From: Chiloscyllium plagiosum | Taxonomy: Eukaryota | DNA: 64,000 nt | Direction of reading: 5' to 3' | NCBI RefSeq assembly: GCF_004010195.1 | Contig: NC_057720.1 | Coordinates: 4,699,426 to 4,763,425, forward strand | Shown: piece by piece, positions 36,932 to 50,554 of the stretch | Layout of the letters: every line of letters begins with the position of its first letter | Numbering within the stretch: position 1 is the stretch's first letter | Position numbers and translations under genes: made by a program | Notes under the pieces: model-generated | Told to the model about the DNA's origin: nothing | Database searches by the model: none | What the model saw: the letters and a program-made list of their open reading frames with translations, nothing else

Positions 36932-39659
36932 CTGAAACAGTTTATAATAACAGCACTGTGAATACACAATACTCCCGCAATGTAATTTGACACTAATACA
37001 CTCAATAGCTTGAATAACAAAGGATGCTAATTATATTCAGGAAAGTCAATCACAGTTACAAAAGAAATGGCTATTATGGGTTTAAATCACTGCTGGGATT
37101 AAGTTGCTCTCTCAACTGGGCAATTTAAAAAGTTTAAAGTTGCCATAGTCCTTCTAGACCACAGCGCAATTCTCTCACTCTGCACCAAATACCAGGCATT
37201 CAGCTCATTGAGCTAAATGGCCACGGAACAATTTAATTGCAGTGCTACAAGGTAAAGATGAAGTTTATACAGTCCCATTCTTTCAGTAGAGCAAGAGGCA
37301 ACTGGTGTTTAACCCAAGGGTCACCACACCTCAGGCAAGGGGACAGGTAACCTCAGCTCAGTGCAGGAACTGAACCCACTTTGTTAGTGTCACTAACCAG
37401 CCAACTGAGCTAACCAGCACTGCAATACTGGACTATTGTAAAAGGATTGATCTGCAGGGTGGCACGGTGATTAGTGCTGCTGCCTCAGGCTGAATGGCCT
37501 GTTTTCATAATATGGGGAATCTAATCTAATTATGAAAGACCCCTCCCACCCCAATTACATTCTCCAATCTCTTCCGTCAGGCAGAAGATGCAAAAGCTTA
37601 AACACACGACTCCACCGATTTAAGAACATCTTCTCCCCCTGCTGTTATTAGACTTCTGAATGGTCCTCTCAAATTTTAAATTTAATGTTGATCTCTCTCT
37701 CTCTGTGCGCATCCTCTGCAGCTGTAACATTGTATTCCTTGCTCTGTCAGTTACCTTAATGCACTTTGTATACTGCATGCAAAACAAAACTTTTCACTGT
37801 CTGCTCAAACCATCAGGAAATGTGTAAATGTCAGATTCATCAGCCGCACTCACAAGGTGGAGCATCCACACTCTCAAAACCAATCACAACATTGTCATCA
37901 ACCAGCAGACAAAGGAGGAGCCATCATCATTCTGAACAGAATGGTCTACTGCAAGGAAGTGGACCGACAACTGAACAACCAGGAGCACTACAGAGAACTA
38001 TCAACTGATCCCACCAAAGAACTCACCCATCAACTAAACAGATTGACGAAGATCTTGATCCAGTCCTTCAGAGTACCCTAAGCACTCTCATCCCATGTAC
38101 TTCTTGGAAAGGGAACTTCTGAAGGTATACAAAGCCAACGCATTTGGACATTTCATTTTATCAGGCAATGGAACCTTATGTGAGAACCTCTATGGCTATT
38201 GTGAGGGCATCTTGAAACCCATTGTATAAGGAACCCACAGCTTCTGTCACGACACGAAAGATTTCTTCCAGAAACTCAGCACCCATGGACGAGTCGAACC
38301 GGGAATATTCCTCATCACGATGGATGTTTGGGCACTCTACACCGGCATTCCCCATGACAACAGCATCACTGCAAAAGCCTCAGTACTCAACACCAACAAC
38401 TGCCAATCTCCGAGCACCGTCCCACAATTCATCGCTTCATCCTCGATCGCAACATCTTCACCTTCGACAACCAGCTCTTCATCCAGACACATGGAACAGC
38501 TATGAGGACCAAATTTGCACCCCAATATGTTGCTGCATAGGACCTCTGACCAATGCTACACATCAGAAACATTGGTAACATTCTCCTCCGCTGGTCCCAT
38601 GGCGAGCAGTCACTGAAACAACAACACAGTGATATCAACAAGTTTCATCCCACCATCAGACTGACCATGAACTACTCCTCAGATTCAGTCTCATTCTTGG
38701 ATACATACATCTCCATCAAAGACGGGGCACCTCAGTCTACCACAAGCTCACGGATAACCTCACGATGCTACACTTCTCCAGCTTCCACCCTAAACGTATT
38801 AAAACAGCCATCCCCTATAGACAAACCCTTTGCATACCCAGGATCTGTTCAGATGAGGAGGAACGTGACAGGTGCCTGGAAGTACTCATGGATGTCCTCA
38901 TAAGAACAGGATATGATGCTCAACTCATCGATTTCCAGTTCCGACATGGCACAGCATGGAACCATAATGACCTCCTCAGGAGACATACACGAACTGCAAC
39001 CAATAGGGTACCCTTCGTTGTTCAGTACTTCCCAGGAGCTGAAAACTTACGCCATGTTTTTCGTGACCTGCAACACATTATCAATGAGGATGGGCACCTC
39101 ACCAAGACCTTCCCCACACCTCCACTGCTCACCTTTAAGCAACCGCCAAACCTCAAACAGATCATTGTTCGTAGCAAGCTGCCCGGCTTTCAGGACAACT
39201 CCATACAACCCTGTTACGGTAAGCGCTGCAAGACGTGTCAGAGTGTGGACATGGATACCACCATCACACATGGGGACACCTCCCACCATGTACGTGGCAG
39301 GTGACTCGGCCAATGTTATCTATCTTATACGTTGCAGGCAAGGATGCCCTGAGACATGGTACATTGGGGAAACCAAGCAAAGGCTACAGCAACAGATGAA
39401 TCGACACTGCACAACAATCAACAGACAGGAGTGTTCCCTCCCAGTTGGGGAACACTTCAGCGGTACAGGACATTTGACCTCAGACCTTTGGGTGACCTCC
39501 AAGGCAGACTTCGAGACAGGCAGCAGGGAAAAGTGGCTGAGCAGAGGCTGATAGCTAAGTTCCGTACCCACAGGGAGGGCCTCAACTGATAGCTAAGTTC
39601 CGTACCCACAGGGAGGGCCTCAACCAGGACCTTGGGTTCATGTCACACTACGGGTGTGC

Positions 39660-40000
39660 ATTGCACTATACACACACAGGCACTCCTATACACACGCACT
39701 CCTATACACACACATATATACACAGACACACACACAGACACTCACACACACCCTTACAGACACACACACTCCCACATACATCCTCTCAGAGACTCAGACC
39801 ACTCTACGCTCACGCACACACATTTAACACTCTCTCACAGACACTCAAAACACCCACCCCAGACACATACACACAGACACACACACATACACCCCCTCAC
39901 AGACTTAAGACAACCTACACTCACATACATACACATATACACTCTCTCTCACACTCACAACCCCCCAACCCAGACACACAGACACACATATACATACACG
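39660..40000 (+). repeat. CA-rich low-complexity tract in the Penelope B 3' UTR
   Basis: Imperfect (CA)n. Confidence 0.85.
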
Positions 40001-40363
40001 TTTGTGGGGTGAATTTGGACTTGCAGAGTTACATTGTATTTTGCTCAAAAACTGCATGAATTCATGTAAGACTCTGTTATCTCACTTTTTAGATTAGAAT
40101 CCGTCTAAACATTATGGCACAGACAGAGAACACGGGGCTAACACCTTCAACATGTTGTCTAGCTAACACCAATTGTTACAGTTATCCTGAGAATGCAACT
40201 TTTACAAAAAACTTTTGTGATTTACACATGAAAGAAGTGAAACTATCATGGTATTCGAACAGATAAAAGACTCAACAAACAATCAAGGTATTTTTCAATG
40301 TATAATTTCAATGATATCACACTGTAAACTTTTGCTATAAATTACGATCTTATTCTCCACAAC

Positions 40364-40398
40364 CACCTGATGAAGGAGCGTCGCTCCGAAAGCTAGTG
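40364..40398 (+). ncRNA. Minimal hammerhead ribozyme motif, family B
   Basis: cac-CUGAUGA-a-ggagc(guc)gcucc-GAAA-gc-UA-gug; 3-bp stem I cac/gug. Confidence 0.82.
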
Positions 40399-42107
40399 CT
40401 TCCAATTAAACCTGTTGGACTATAGCCCGGTGTTGTGTGATTTATACCTCAGTTAAAGAAGGCAGGTCACCACCCCTTTTGCATGGATAATTATTCAGGA
40501 CTTTAGAGTTAGTCCTGTGTAAGACAATGGGGAGCAAGATTCTAACCTCCAACCTGGTCCATTGCAATCACTTTGTCCAGTCCAGAAAGTATCTCCCTCT
40601 TGAAGGTTCCCATTGTCATCCTGTAAACTCCAAAACATTAATAAGTGTTCAGGGATTGAAAGAATTAGAAATAACTCTTCCTGGAATAAACTATCTCCTG
40701 AGCTGAAAGGGACAAGGATAACTGTTAAAAACCTGTTGGACTATAACCTGGTGTTGTGTGATTTTTAACTGTTAAAAAGGAATTGAAAACAATTAGCTAG
40801 CCCGGGGAAAAGAAGGATTTGAAGCTACGTAAACGAGTTGTTTTAACAACTGCTTGATAACTAGCTGCCTTGTGCTACCAGGACAAATGATTGGCATGCA
40901 GAAGAATTTAAGGAGTTAATGGCAGGACAGACTGTGTTTTAGACAGCTAATACTGAATGTAACAAGGGACCGAGAAGCTTGGTTGAAAGCAGATGGTTTT
41001 CATTCCTGATAAGAAAGACTTGGTGTTTTCAGGACTTAACAAAGCAGAGAATCCGAGCAGAATTCGAGATTCTTCAGCAGCAGATCTGTGGACAGCCACA
41101 TAGCACACAGGTCAAACCCTGGAAACACCCAGAGACATAGAACATAGAACAATACAGCGCAGAACAGGCCCTCTGGCCCTCGATGTTGCGCCGACCTGTG
41201 AACTATTCTCAGCTCGTCCCCCTACACGATCCCAAAATCATTCATGAGACAGGTTGGAATTGTAGCAAAAATCCACCATTCATTGACTAATAGCTAGGAA
41301 GAGCTGTGAGACTTAACTTGCCTACTTGACGGGGTCCTATTTTAGTTGCTACATGTAATAAAGTTTAAATCATTGTTTCAGTATTTAATTTTCTATGAGA
41401 TTTCTTAATAAGTATCTGAATTTAAGGTAGCTTGTCATAATGTATCCACAACACCATTAGATGTATTTAGTCAGATATTCTATGTTTAACCTTTCAATGG
41501 TGCATTGGATAATTATCTGGTTAAAAATTGTGTGATGGGGTACATGGAAAGAGCAGGTGATTAGCACTCGATAATGATGCAGGCACAATGGGCCTAATCA
41601 CTTCCTCCGGTGCCAGAAGAATTCAGGGATTCTTTGGTCAAACACATTTTCTTTCTCAATGGTGTCCATTCAACTGTAAGGCTGGCCAGGGGTACGTCTA
41701 GGGGTAAGATAGATACCCTGCCAATCTCAGCCATCTCCCTGTCACTATGTCCTGACAGTATCTCTGGCCAGTCAATCAGAGATGGGTAACAAACCTCTCG
41801 CCAGCCTGGTTTACATTCCATGAAAGAAAGTTTTAAAAAGGCAAATAGAATCTTTGCCGAACAAGCCCGAAGCGGACTCGTGGTGAGAGCGGAGTTGGAT
41901 TCAGGTCAGTGCGGTATCTGGCAGCATCAGTGTTGGCGAGGACTCTTGGTGGTGAGGGCATCGGTAGAGGACAGATGGTGTTGAACACCAGTGACCCAGG
42001 TTCCAGTGGTTAGCAACACCGTGAAAGGAGATTCGCGCCTGGCCACCAGGCCCATTACCGAGATGGACTGTAACAGTGAACACTTCCTTTATTTGCCTTG
42101 GCTTGTA

Positions 42108-42356
42108 GGTGGTATGATGGCTCAGTGGTTTGCAGTGCTACCTCACAGCACCAGGGTCCCAGGTTCAATTCTAGCCTTGGGTGACTGTCTGCGTGGAGTT
42201 TGCACATTTGCCCCGTGTCTGCGTGGGTTTCCTCCCGCAGGTCAGGTGAATTGGCCATGCTAAATTGCCCATAGTGTTAAGTGCATTAGTCAGAGGGAAA
42301 TGGGTCTGGGTGGTTTACTCTTCAGAGGACTGATTGGACTGAAGGACCTGTTTCCA
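42108..42356 (+). mobile_element. HE1-like V-SINE
   Basis: Same family. Confidence 0.8.
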
Positions 42357-43764
42357 TCTTTTTCTTCATTTTTCTGCCTTTATACTCTATGTTTCGTTTT
42401 ATTTTCTGTGTTTCAAGACGGTGCCGGAGAATGGCAACACCATGCAACACTTTTCACCGTATTTTGTAACAAGATCCAGGTGACAATAAATAAACCAAAT
42501 CAAACAAAATTAATGTAGTAAAATAAAGATCCGCAGATGCTGGAAATCTGAAACAAAAACAGGAATTACTGGGAAAACTCAGCAGGTCTGGCAGCATCTG
42601 TGGATAGAAAGCCAGGTTAACATTTCAAGTTGAGTGACCTTGTCAGTTCTGAAGGGTCACTGGATCCGAAATATTAACTCTGCTTTCTCCTATAGATGCC
42701 GCCAAATGAAAATAGTGGGTTATTTCCCTTCATTGAAGTAATAGGCTGGAACTACTGTACAGTAACATAGTCTTAACTAATGCTGGAGATTCTAAACGAT
42801 AAGTTCATAGATAACACGAAAATCAGTGGTGCAGTAAATAGCAAGGAAGAAAGCCTTCGACATCAGGATGGTCAGATGTGCTCAAGTATCACGAATGTAA
42901 CTTAGGCTGGAAATGTGCGCAGTGATGCATTATGGGAGGACTAACAAGACCAGGCAGCATACAGTGAATGGTAGGACTATGGGAATACAGAGGATCAGAG
43001 GGACCTTGCTGTGCATCCATAGATCCTGAAGCCAACAGGACAGGCAATTAAGGGGGTTAAGGAGGCATATAGGATGCTTGCCTTTGTTAGTCAAACATAG
43101 AAAATAGGAGTGGAATAGGTCATTCAGCCCTTCTAGCCTGATCTGCTAGGCATTGAATACAAAAGCAAAAAGGTCTCAACAAATAAAAGCAAAATACTGC
43201 AGATGCTGGAAACCTGAATCGAACACAGAATGCTGGAGAAACTCAGCAGGTCTGGCAGCAACGGTGGAGAGAGAAACAGAGCTAACATTTCAAGTGGTTT
43301 GAACTTCTGCACTTACAACTGGTCTTGGCATATTTGAAACATTAATTCTGTCTCTCTCTCCACCAATGTTGCCAGACCTGCTGAGTTTCTCCAGGATTTT
43401 CTGAGGTGACGATGGAGTTGTATCACAGCGGGAGTACTGTGTGCAATTGTGGTCACCACACAACAGGAAGGATGTGACTGCATTGGAGGGGGTGCAGAAG
43501 AGATCCACCAGAATGTTGCCCAGGATGGAGCTTTGTTTTCCTTAAGGGAGAGAAAGCAGAAGGGGGACCTGATTGAGATGTGTAAGATTTTGAGGGCTAC
43601 AGATAGGATCGTTTGAGAGAAACCTTTTACGGTGAAAGAGTAGAAGGTTTACAGGGGATTTTAGGAAAATCTGTTTCACCCACAGAGTGGCAAGAGACCT
43701 GGATTCAAGTCTCACCTGCTCCAGAGGAAAGTCAAAATATCTCTGAACACTGATGAGGAAAACA

Positions 43765-44210
43765 GGCGAAAGTGAGGACCGCAGATACTGGAGACCAGAT
43801 TCGAGAGTGTGGTGCTGGAAAAGCACTGCAGGTCAGGCAGCATCTGAGGAGCAGGAAAATCGACGTTTCGGGAGAAGTCCTTCATCAGGAATGAGGCAGT
43901 GGAGAGATAAGCGGGAGGAGAGCGGGGTTGGGGGCAAGATCGAGACTGCTTCAGGACGTGGCTGAAGAGCTTCAGGGCCGAGGAGCTGACCTGGGGGAGA
44001 GGGTGGGGGGCTGCAGTGAGAGCGAGACTCACTGAGATCTTTGTGGAGAGATGAGAACTCCTTCAAGGTAGACATCCTTGGAAGGGGATTCGCAGTGGGG
44101 TTAGGATCAACTGGGCGAAAGTGAGGACTGCAGACGCTGGAGATTAGAGTCGAGAGTGTGGTGCTGGAAAAGCACAGCAGGTCAGGCAGCATCCGAGGAG
44201 CAGGAGAATA
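43765..44210 (-). mobile_element. Family A Penelope derivative: two pLTR pieces in tandem with intervening element sequence
   Basis: ggcgaaagtgaggac...gtggtgctggaaaagcac occurs at ~43766 and ~44115 in the same orientation. Confidence 0.7.
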
Positions 44211-44743
44211 CGATGAGGAAGATAATCTAACAGTAAAGGTAAATGATCATAGGGACCTGGTTGGGGGGGGGTAATTGGCAGTTTAAAGGAAACAGGATCA
44301 AGAGAATAGACGGTGAACAAGGGAGGACGAGGGGAGATAGAAGAGGAAACAAAATTATATGAGACATGGGTCAGGGCGGGGGTTGGAAACATGGGAAGGT
44401 CATTCAGCCTTTCAAGCTTGCTTCACCATCCAATATGATCATAGCGTTAATGTAAGTTTGTTGGAGGATGGAAGAGGTGGAAACATCTGATTGGATTCTC
44501 TCAAGCGTAGTCATAAACAAAAATTCAACAAGCATAATTACAAAATGCTCAATATTTTATCTAAAGTACCTCATGCTCAGAGTGGCAGGGGTGTCAGTCG
44601 ACTGGTCTTTGTAAAATTCTAGTGGGCATGAAATGAAATGTTCATAATGCCAACATTGGATTTTAATAAGTTAAAGATCACACAACACCAGGTTATAGTC
44701 CAACAGGTTTAATTGGAAGCACTAGCTTTCGGAGCGCTGCTAG

Positions 44744-45055
44744 TGGGCGGCACGGTGGCACAGTGGTTAGCACTGCTGCCTCGCAGCGCCAGAGACCTGG
44801 GTTTGATTCCCGACTCAGGCGACTGACTGTGTGGAGTTTGCACGTTCTCCCCGTGTCTGTGTGGGTTTCCTCCGGGGGCTCCGGTTTCCTCCCACAGTCC
44901 AAAGATGTGCAAGTCAGGTGAATTGGCCATGCTAAATTGCCCGTAGTGTTGGGTAAATGTAGGGGTATGGGTGGGTTACGCTTTGGCGGGTCGGTGTGGA
45001 CTTGTTGGGCCGAAGGGCCTGTTTCCACACTGTAAGTAATCTAATCTAATCTAAT
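44744..45055 (+). mobile_element. HE1-like shark V-SINE (full length, young)
   Basis: tRNA-like head (ggcacagtggttagc / ggtttgattcc), V-domain tgtggagtttgcacgttctccccgtgtc, CR1-type tail and (ctaat)n terminal repeats. Confidence 0.88.
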
Positions 45056-47144
45056 CCTTCATCAGGTGGTTGTGATTTTTAACTTTGTACACCCCAGTCC
45101 AAAACCGGTACTTCCATATCCTGAATTTTACTGGAATCCTGTTAACACTGAGCAGCCTGCCAACACTTGGTTGGAAAGGCAGGGTTTGCGATTTGTGCGT
45201 CAGACTTCCACTTTTACAAGATCACTGAATACATTCTAATTCATGTTTAATTGACAGATTAACAATGTATCTTATAAGGTGAAGTCATACAGGCAGAGCT
45301 GTATCGATCTTTGACTCACTGTATACAATAAGCACTATCCAATTGGCAAACTGCTTTCCATGACGTTTGACAAATAAAAGTGAGCATCAATAAACAATGC
45401 TTTCCTCTTTCTGAAAGATGTCAGCTTTGACTCAAAAGCAAAACATCGCCACCCGTCAAGAACCGCATCCAAAAACATTGCAATCATTACCCAAACAATT
45501 CAGTTATAAATTCAGATAAAAGCAAACAGAACTGGCACATGCCTAACGACTGTATCTGTTTACACATTCCCTGCATTCTCCCTTCTTTGTTTCCAGTACA
45601 AAACCGTTTCTCTGCAAAACGATTTTGATCATGATGTTCTCAATTATATTCGTATTTTTTTTAACATGCTTTTCCAGCCTAGTAATAAATAAACAAGCTA
45701 TTATACAGTGATATGGGATTGAGGACAGGCTGCATTTACTGTAGGGTGGCGAAGGGATGATCTCATTGAGGTGCTTCAGATGATTGAAGGGGTTGAAAGG
45801 CAGAAAGGTACAGCTGGTGGATGACTCAAAGGTCCTTTACCTTTAACTGAGAGCTAAGAGGCTTGTGGTGCAGTGGTAGAATCCTTACCTTTGGTTCAGA
45901 AGTTCTATGCTCAAATCCCACCAGTTCCAGAGGAGTGTTATAACGTGCCTGAGCAGGTTGGTTCAAATATACATTAAATGAAAGCTAGTCCACTGAGGAG
46001 GACATGTATTTCCACATTAGTCACATCCCCGGATTCACCTTATCTTGATGTTAAGTCTCACCCATGCTTTGGCTCCACCTAAACTGGGGTTAGCCTCAGC
46101 ACATACATGGCACTGTTCTGCCTCCTGCACAGAGAATGACATTTGCTCCTGATCCTGGGTGCGTATTCATAACAAAATCATTGCATACTTCAGTCAGTAA
46201 ACTCTGCAGCCCCTGAGCTGCTAAGATCGCAGTGTCTCTCTGATTGCTGAAGAGACAACATCACAAATGTGCGGTTATGTGCAGCCTGGCTTGATATAGG
46301 CAGATCTCTATGAAAGATATACAGATACTGATTGTCAGTAGGTTGTACTGATAACAGGGTTTAACAGCTCAGGTTGGGGGGGGGGAGGGAATGGCTCTTG
46401 TGACAAAGTGGCAATGTCCCTACGTCTGAGCCAGGACACCCAGGTTCAAATCCCACCCGCTCCAGAGAAATACCATAATATCACAGAAAAGGTTGATTAG
46501 GATACATTTTGAAACTGTTCCCCGCAGGGCAGGTGCTGAGAACCAGTAGGGACAGGTTTATGGTGACTGGCCAAAAAAAGACAGGTCAAAAAGTGTGGTG
46601 CTGGGAAAGCACAGCAGGTCAGGTAGCATCCAAGGACAGTCGACGTTTTGGACATAGGCCCTTTGTCAGGAAAAAAGGCACAGGTTGGGGGGAAGGCTTT
46701 TGTGGTGCAGTGGTAGTACCCTCATCTCAGAGCCAGGAGGCTCAAGTCCCTCCTGCTCCCACAGTGTGTCATAACATCTCTAAAAAGGGTGATTAGAAAA
46801 TAAAAACAGAAGTTGTGGAGATAAATCAGAGTTAACGTTTCAGGTCCAGTGACCCTTCCTCGGGACACAAAATGTTAACTCTGATTTCTCTCCACAGATG
46901 CTGCCAGATCTGCTGAGCTTTTCCAACAATTTCTGTTTTTGTTTCTGATCTCCAGCATCTGCAGTGCTTTGGTTTTGACTAGAAAATATCTTATTAGTGA
47001 ACATAATAGGTGAAGTCCTAATGGTGTTGAGAGTGTGGTGCTGGAAAAGCACAGCAGGTCAGGCAGGAGAATTGATGTTTCGAGCATAAGCCCGTCATCA
47101 GGAATGGTCCTAATCGTATCATTGCTAGATTATTAATCTAGAGA

Positions 47145-47309
47145 AAGTGAAGACTGCAGATGCTGGAGATCAGAGTCAAAAAGTGTGGTGCTAGAAAAGC
47201 ACAGCAGAAACGTTTCTGATGAAGGGCTTATGCCTGAAACGTCGATTCTCCTGCTCCTCGGATGCTGCCTGACCTGCTGTGCTTTTCCAGCACCACACTT
47301 TTTGACTAC
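47145..47309 (-). mobile_element. Family A fold-back pLTR cassette
   Basis: Inverted arms; TSD taatctagaga at 47134-47144 and 47310-47320. Confidence 0.8.
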
Positions 47310-47334
47310 TAATCTAGAGACCCAAGGTAGTGTA

Positions 47335-48032
47335 GTCTGGATGTGCAGAGGGATCTTGGAGTCCACATGCATAGATCCCTGAAAGTTGCCACCCAGATGG
47401 ATAGTGCTATTAAGAAGGCATATGGTGTGTTAGGTTTCATTGGTAGAGGGATTGAGTTCCGGAGCCGCAATCTCATGCTACAACTATACAAAACGCTGGT
47501 GTGGCCACATTTGGAATATTGTGTACAGTTCTGGTCGCCATATCTCGGGAAGGATGTGGAAGCATTGGAAAAGGTGCAGAGGAGATATACCAGGATGTTG
47601 CCTAGTCTGGAGGGAAGGTCTTATGAGGAAAGGCTGAGAGACTTGGGTCTGTTCTCATTGGAAAGAAGAAGGCTAAGAGGGGATTTGATAGAGACATACA
47701 AGATGATCAGAGGATTAGATAGGGTAGACAGTGGAAGTCTTTTTCCTAGGATGATGACGTCAGCTTGTACGAGAGGGCATAAGTACAAATTATGGGGTGA
47801 TAGATTTAAGACATGTCAGAGGCAGGTTCTTTATGCAGAGAGTGGTAAGGGCATGGGATGCCCTGCCTGCTAATGTAGTCGACTCAGCCACATTAGGGAG
47901 ATTTAAACAATCCTTAGATAAGCACATGAGTGATTTGGGGATAGTGTAGGGGGACGAGCTGAGAATAGTTCACAGGTCGGCACAACATCGAAGACCGAAG
48001 AGCCTGTTCTGTGCTGTATTGTTCTATGTTCT
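47335..48032 (+). mobile_element. CR1 LINE 3' fragment (young)
   Basis: ORF QRDLGVHMHRSLKV...LYKTLVWPHLEYCVQFWSP...RLRGDLIETYKM and (ttctatg)n tail. Confidence 0.9.
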
Positions 48033-48184
48033 AATATTCTGGGGATTTGAGTTCAAAATCCTGCCATGGCAGATGTGGAAATTAAATTCAATAAAAATCT
48101 GGAATTAAGAGTCCGATGATGACCATTGCTGATTGTTGGATTATTAACATACAATGTTCAGAGGGTTTGCTCATTCAGGTATCA

Positions 48185-49030
48185 ATTGTGTAAACCTCTC
48201 TCTGCTACATATTTACATCCTCTCCTAAATAAGGGAACCAAAACTGCTCATAGTATTTGAGCTGTGGTCTTACAAATGTCCTGTATAAATGCAGCATGAC
48301 CCCCTTACTTTGCAGTTCGATTCCTGCAATGATATAGGACAGGATTCCATGAGCCTCCACCACTCTCCTAGGCAGCACATTCCAAATCCTAACAACTCTC
48401 TGAGTAAAGAAGGTTATCCTGACCTCACTGTTAGCTCTCTTGTTGACAATCCTGAAATTGAGACCCCTAGTTACTGACACATCAACTCATGGAAACAGAG
48501 TATCCTGCTTACTCTGTCAAAATTGTTCATAATTTGGAACACATCAATAAAGTCACCTCTTACACCAAGGAGAATAAGCCCAATCTCTCTAATCTTTCCC
48601 TGTATCTTAAAGCTCTCTTTCCTGAGATCATTCCAGTAAATCCCCTTTATACTGTCTCCAGTGCCTTAACATTCTTCCTGAAATAAGATTCCCAGAACGG
48701 ATCAGAATACTCCAGATATGTTCTGACCAACGGTTTGTTGAGCTATACCATCACTTCCTTGATTTTATACTCTAGGTCTCTATTTATAAACTCAAATATC
48801 CTACAAACCTTCTCAACAATGGTTCCAACTTGCCTGGCCATGTATGTGAACCCCGAGGTCCCTCTGCTCCTGTACTCCCCTCAGAGTTGTCCCATTGAGG
48901 CCTGTATTGTCTCTCTGTGTTTCTTCAACCAAAATGCATTATGCCACATTTTTCTGTATTGAAATTCATCTGCCAGGTGTCTGCCTCTTTGGCCAAATTG
49001 CCAATGTCCCTTTGAACTTGCTCAGCCTCT
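48185..49030 (-). mobile_element. CR1 LINE fragments (same subfamily as 9015-9900)
   Basis: TRGLNFRIV, FTQRVVRIWNVLP, LYRTFVRPQLKY. Confidence 0.8.
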
Positions 49031-49704
49031 GTCACACACCTACTGCAGCTGTCTAATCTGAGGAGAGGGAGGGATTATATAACAATGTTGCTACTCAGCA
49101 CCGCGCTCATGACCTGCCCACCTTCCTTCCCACCTCTCCGCTCCATCCTCCTCTTCGACTTATCACCAATACCCACACCTTCACCTACCTATTGCTTTTC
49201 CAGCTACCTTCCCCCCCAATCGCACCCCCTCCCATGGCACAAACACCCACCACATTCCTGATGAAGAGCTTATGCTCGAAAGTCGACTCTCCTGCTCCTC
49301 GGAGGCTGCCTGACCAGCTGTGCTTTTCCAGCACCACACATTTTGATGATAGGCATTTCAAACTGGCAAAATATGAGCACCGTGGTTACATTCGTGCTAG
49401 TTTATCTTGGTTTTTCATCTTAAAATTGCCATGGTCCTATTGGACAATAGGGCTACTCTTTCCTTAATGAGATAGAGAGAGAGAGAGACACACACAAATG
49501 GTGGTGAGTTTAACCTAAGGATCAACATGACCCCTGAGGGGAGAACTCTTCAGTAACCTCGACTGGTGCAGGAATTGAACCCACACTGTTAGCATCACAA
49601 AAAAAAGCCAGCTGCTCAGCCAACTGAGCTAACCAAGGTGTCCCACTTTAGTGCAGAAAAATAGTCAGAAAATATGCCTCAAAAATAAAGTTTCCCTTTC
49701 GGCG

Positions 49705-50002
49705 CTTCAGAGGTTAGCACGGCTGCTTCATTGCATCTTGGGACCTGAGTTCAATTCCAGCCTCGGGCGACTGTCTGTGTGGAGTTTGCACATTCTCCCC
49801 GTGTCTGTGTGGGTTTCCTCTGGGTGCTCTGGTTTCCTCCCATAGTCTAAAGATGTGCAGGTTAGGGGGATTGGCCGTGGGAAATTTGGGGTGATGGGGA
49901 TAGGATGGGGGTCTGGAATTGGGTGGAATGCTCTTCAGAGGATTGGCCTGAACATGATGGGCTGAATGGCCTCATTCCACACTGTAGGGTTCTCTGATTC
50001 TA
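49705..50002 (+). mobile_element. HE1-like V-SINE
   Basis: Same family. Confidence 0.8.
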
Positions 50003-50304
50003 TCGACAGTAAATCCCTGTTATCCAGTATGTGTGGGGAATATGTGTGTGTATATTTGTGGTGGTGTGGTGTTTTGCCTTTTTACATGAAACTGCCAGTC
50101 GTATGGGAAATACTCTAATAGAAACCCAATCCAGTACACTGTAATATTCTTTCAATAAAAATCTTTAATCCAAATGTCAAAAGTGCAGCGCAGGGTTCTA
50201 TAAACTCTGATCATGCTTCATTAGAGACAGCAACACAATTGGCAGATGCACTTTGAACAGCAGCTGAAAGTGAGGGTTGAGGAGATAGGGATTTAAGCAA
50301 GGTG

Positions 50305-50526
50305 AAAGTGAGGACTGCAGATGCTGGAGATCAAAGCTGAAAATGTGTTGCTGGAAAAGCGCAGCAGGTCAGGCAGCATCCAAGGAGCAGGAGAATCGAC
50401 GTTTCGGGCATGAGCCCTTCTTCAGGAATCTGATTCCTGAAGAAGGGCTCATGCCCGAAACGTCGATTCTCCTGCTCCTTGGATGCTGCCTGACCTGCTG
50501 CACTTTTCCAGCAACACATTTACAGC
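50305..50526 (-). mobile_element. Family A fold-back pLTR cassette with near-perfect ~90-bp arms
   Basis: Centre reads cttcaggaatc-t-gattcctgaag; 14-bp TSD atttaagcaaggtg at 50291-50304 and 50527-50540. Confidence 0.9.
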
Positions 50527-50554
50527 ATTTAAGCAAGGTGCCCAACTTTACAAC

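Larger units (their letters stand above)
37858..40445 (+). mobile_element. Penelope-like element, Neptune-type (family B), frameshifted RT plus GIY-YIG, CA-rich 3' UTR, hammerhead-containing pLTR
   Basis: PADKGGAIII, MDVWALYTGIPH, GTAMRTKFAPQY, SVSFLD, LHFSSFHPK, Cys motif PCYGKRCKTC and VIYLIRCRQGCPETWYIGET across shifting frames. Confidence 0.9.

Noticed and set aside
39632..40059. His/Thr-rich ORFs (also 3209-3582)
   Set aside because: Translations of CA/GT microsatellites.
44560..44640. Alternative first SPATA1 exon (ATG CCC ACT AGA...)
   Set aside because: In-frame stop before the donor, and the other open frame has the wrong phase.
44744..44815. tRNA genes
   Set aside because: tRNA-like heads are attached to SINE bodies; no intact cloverleaf was evident.
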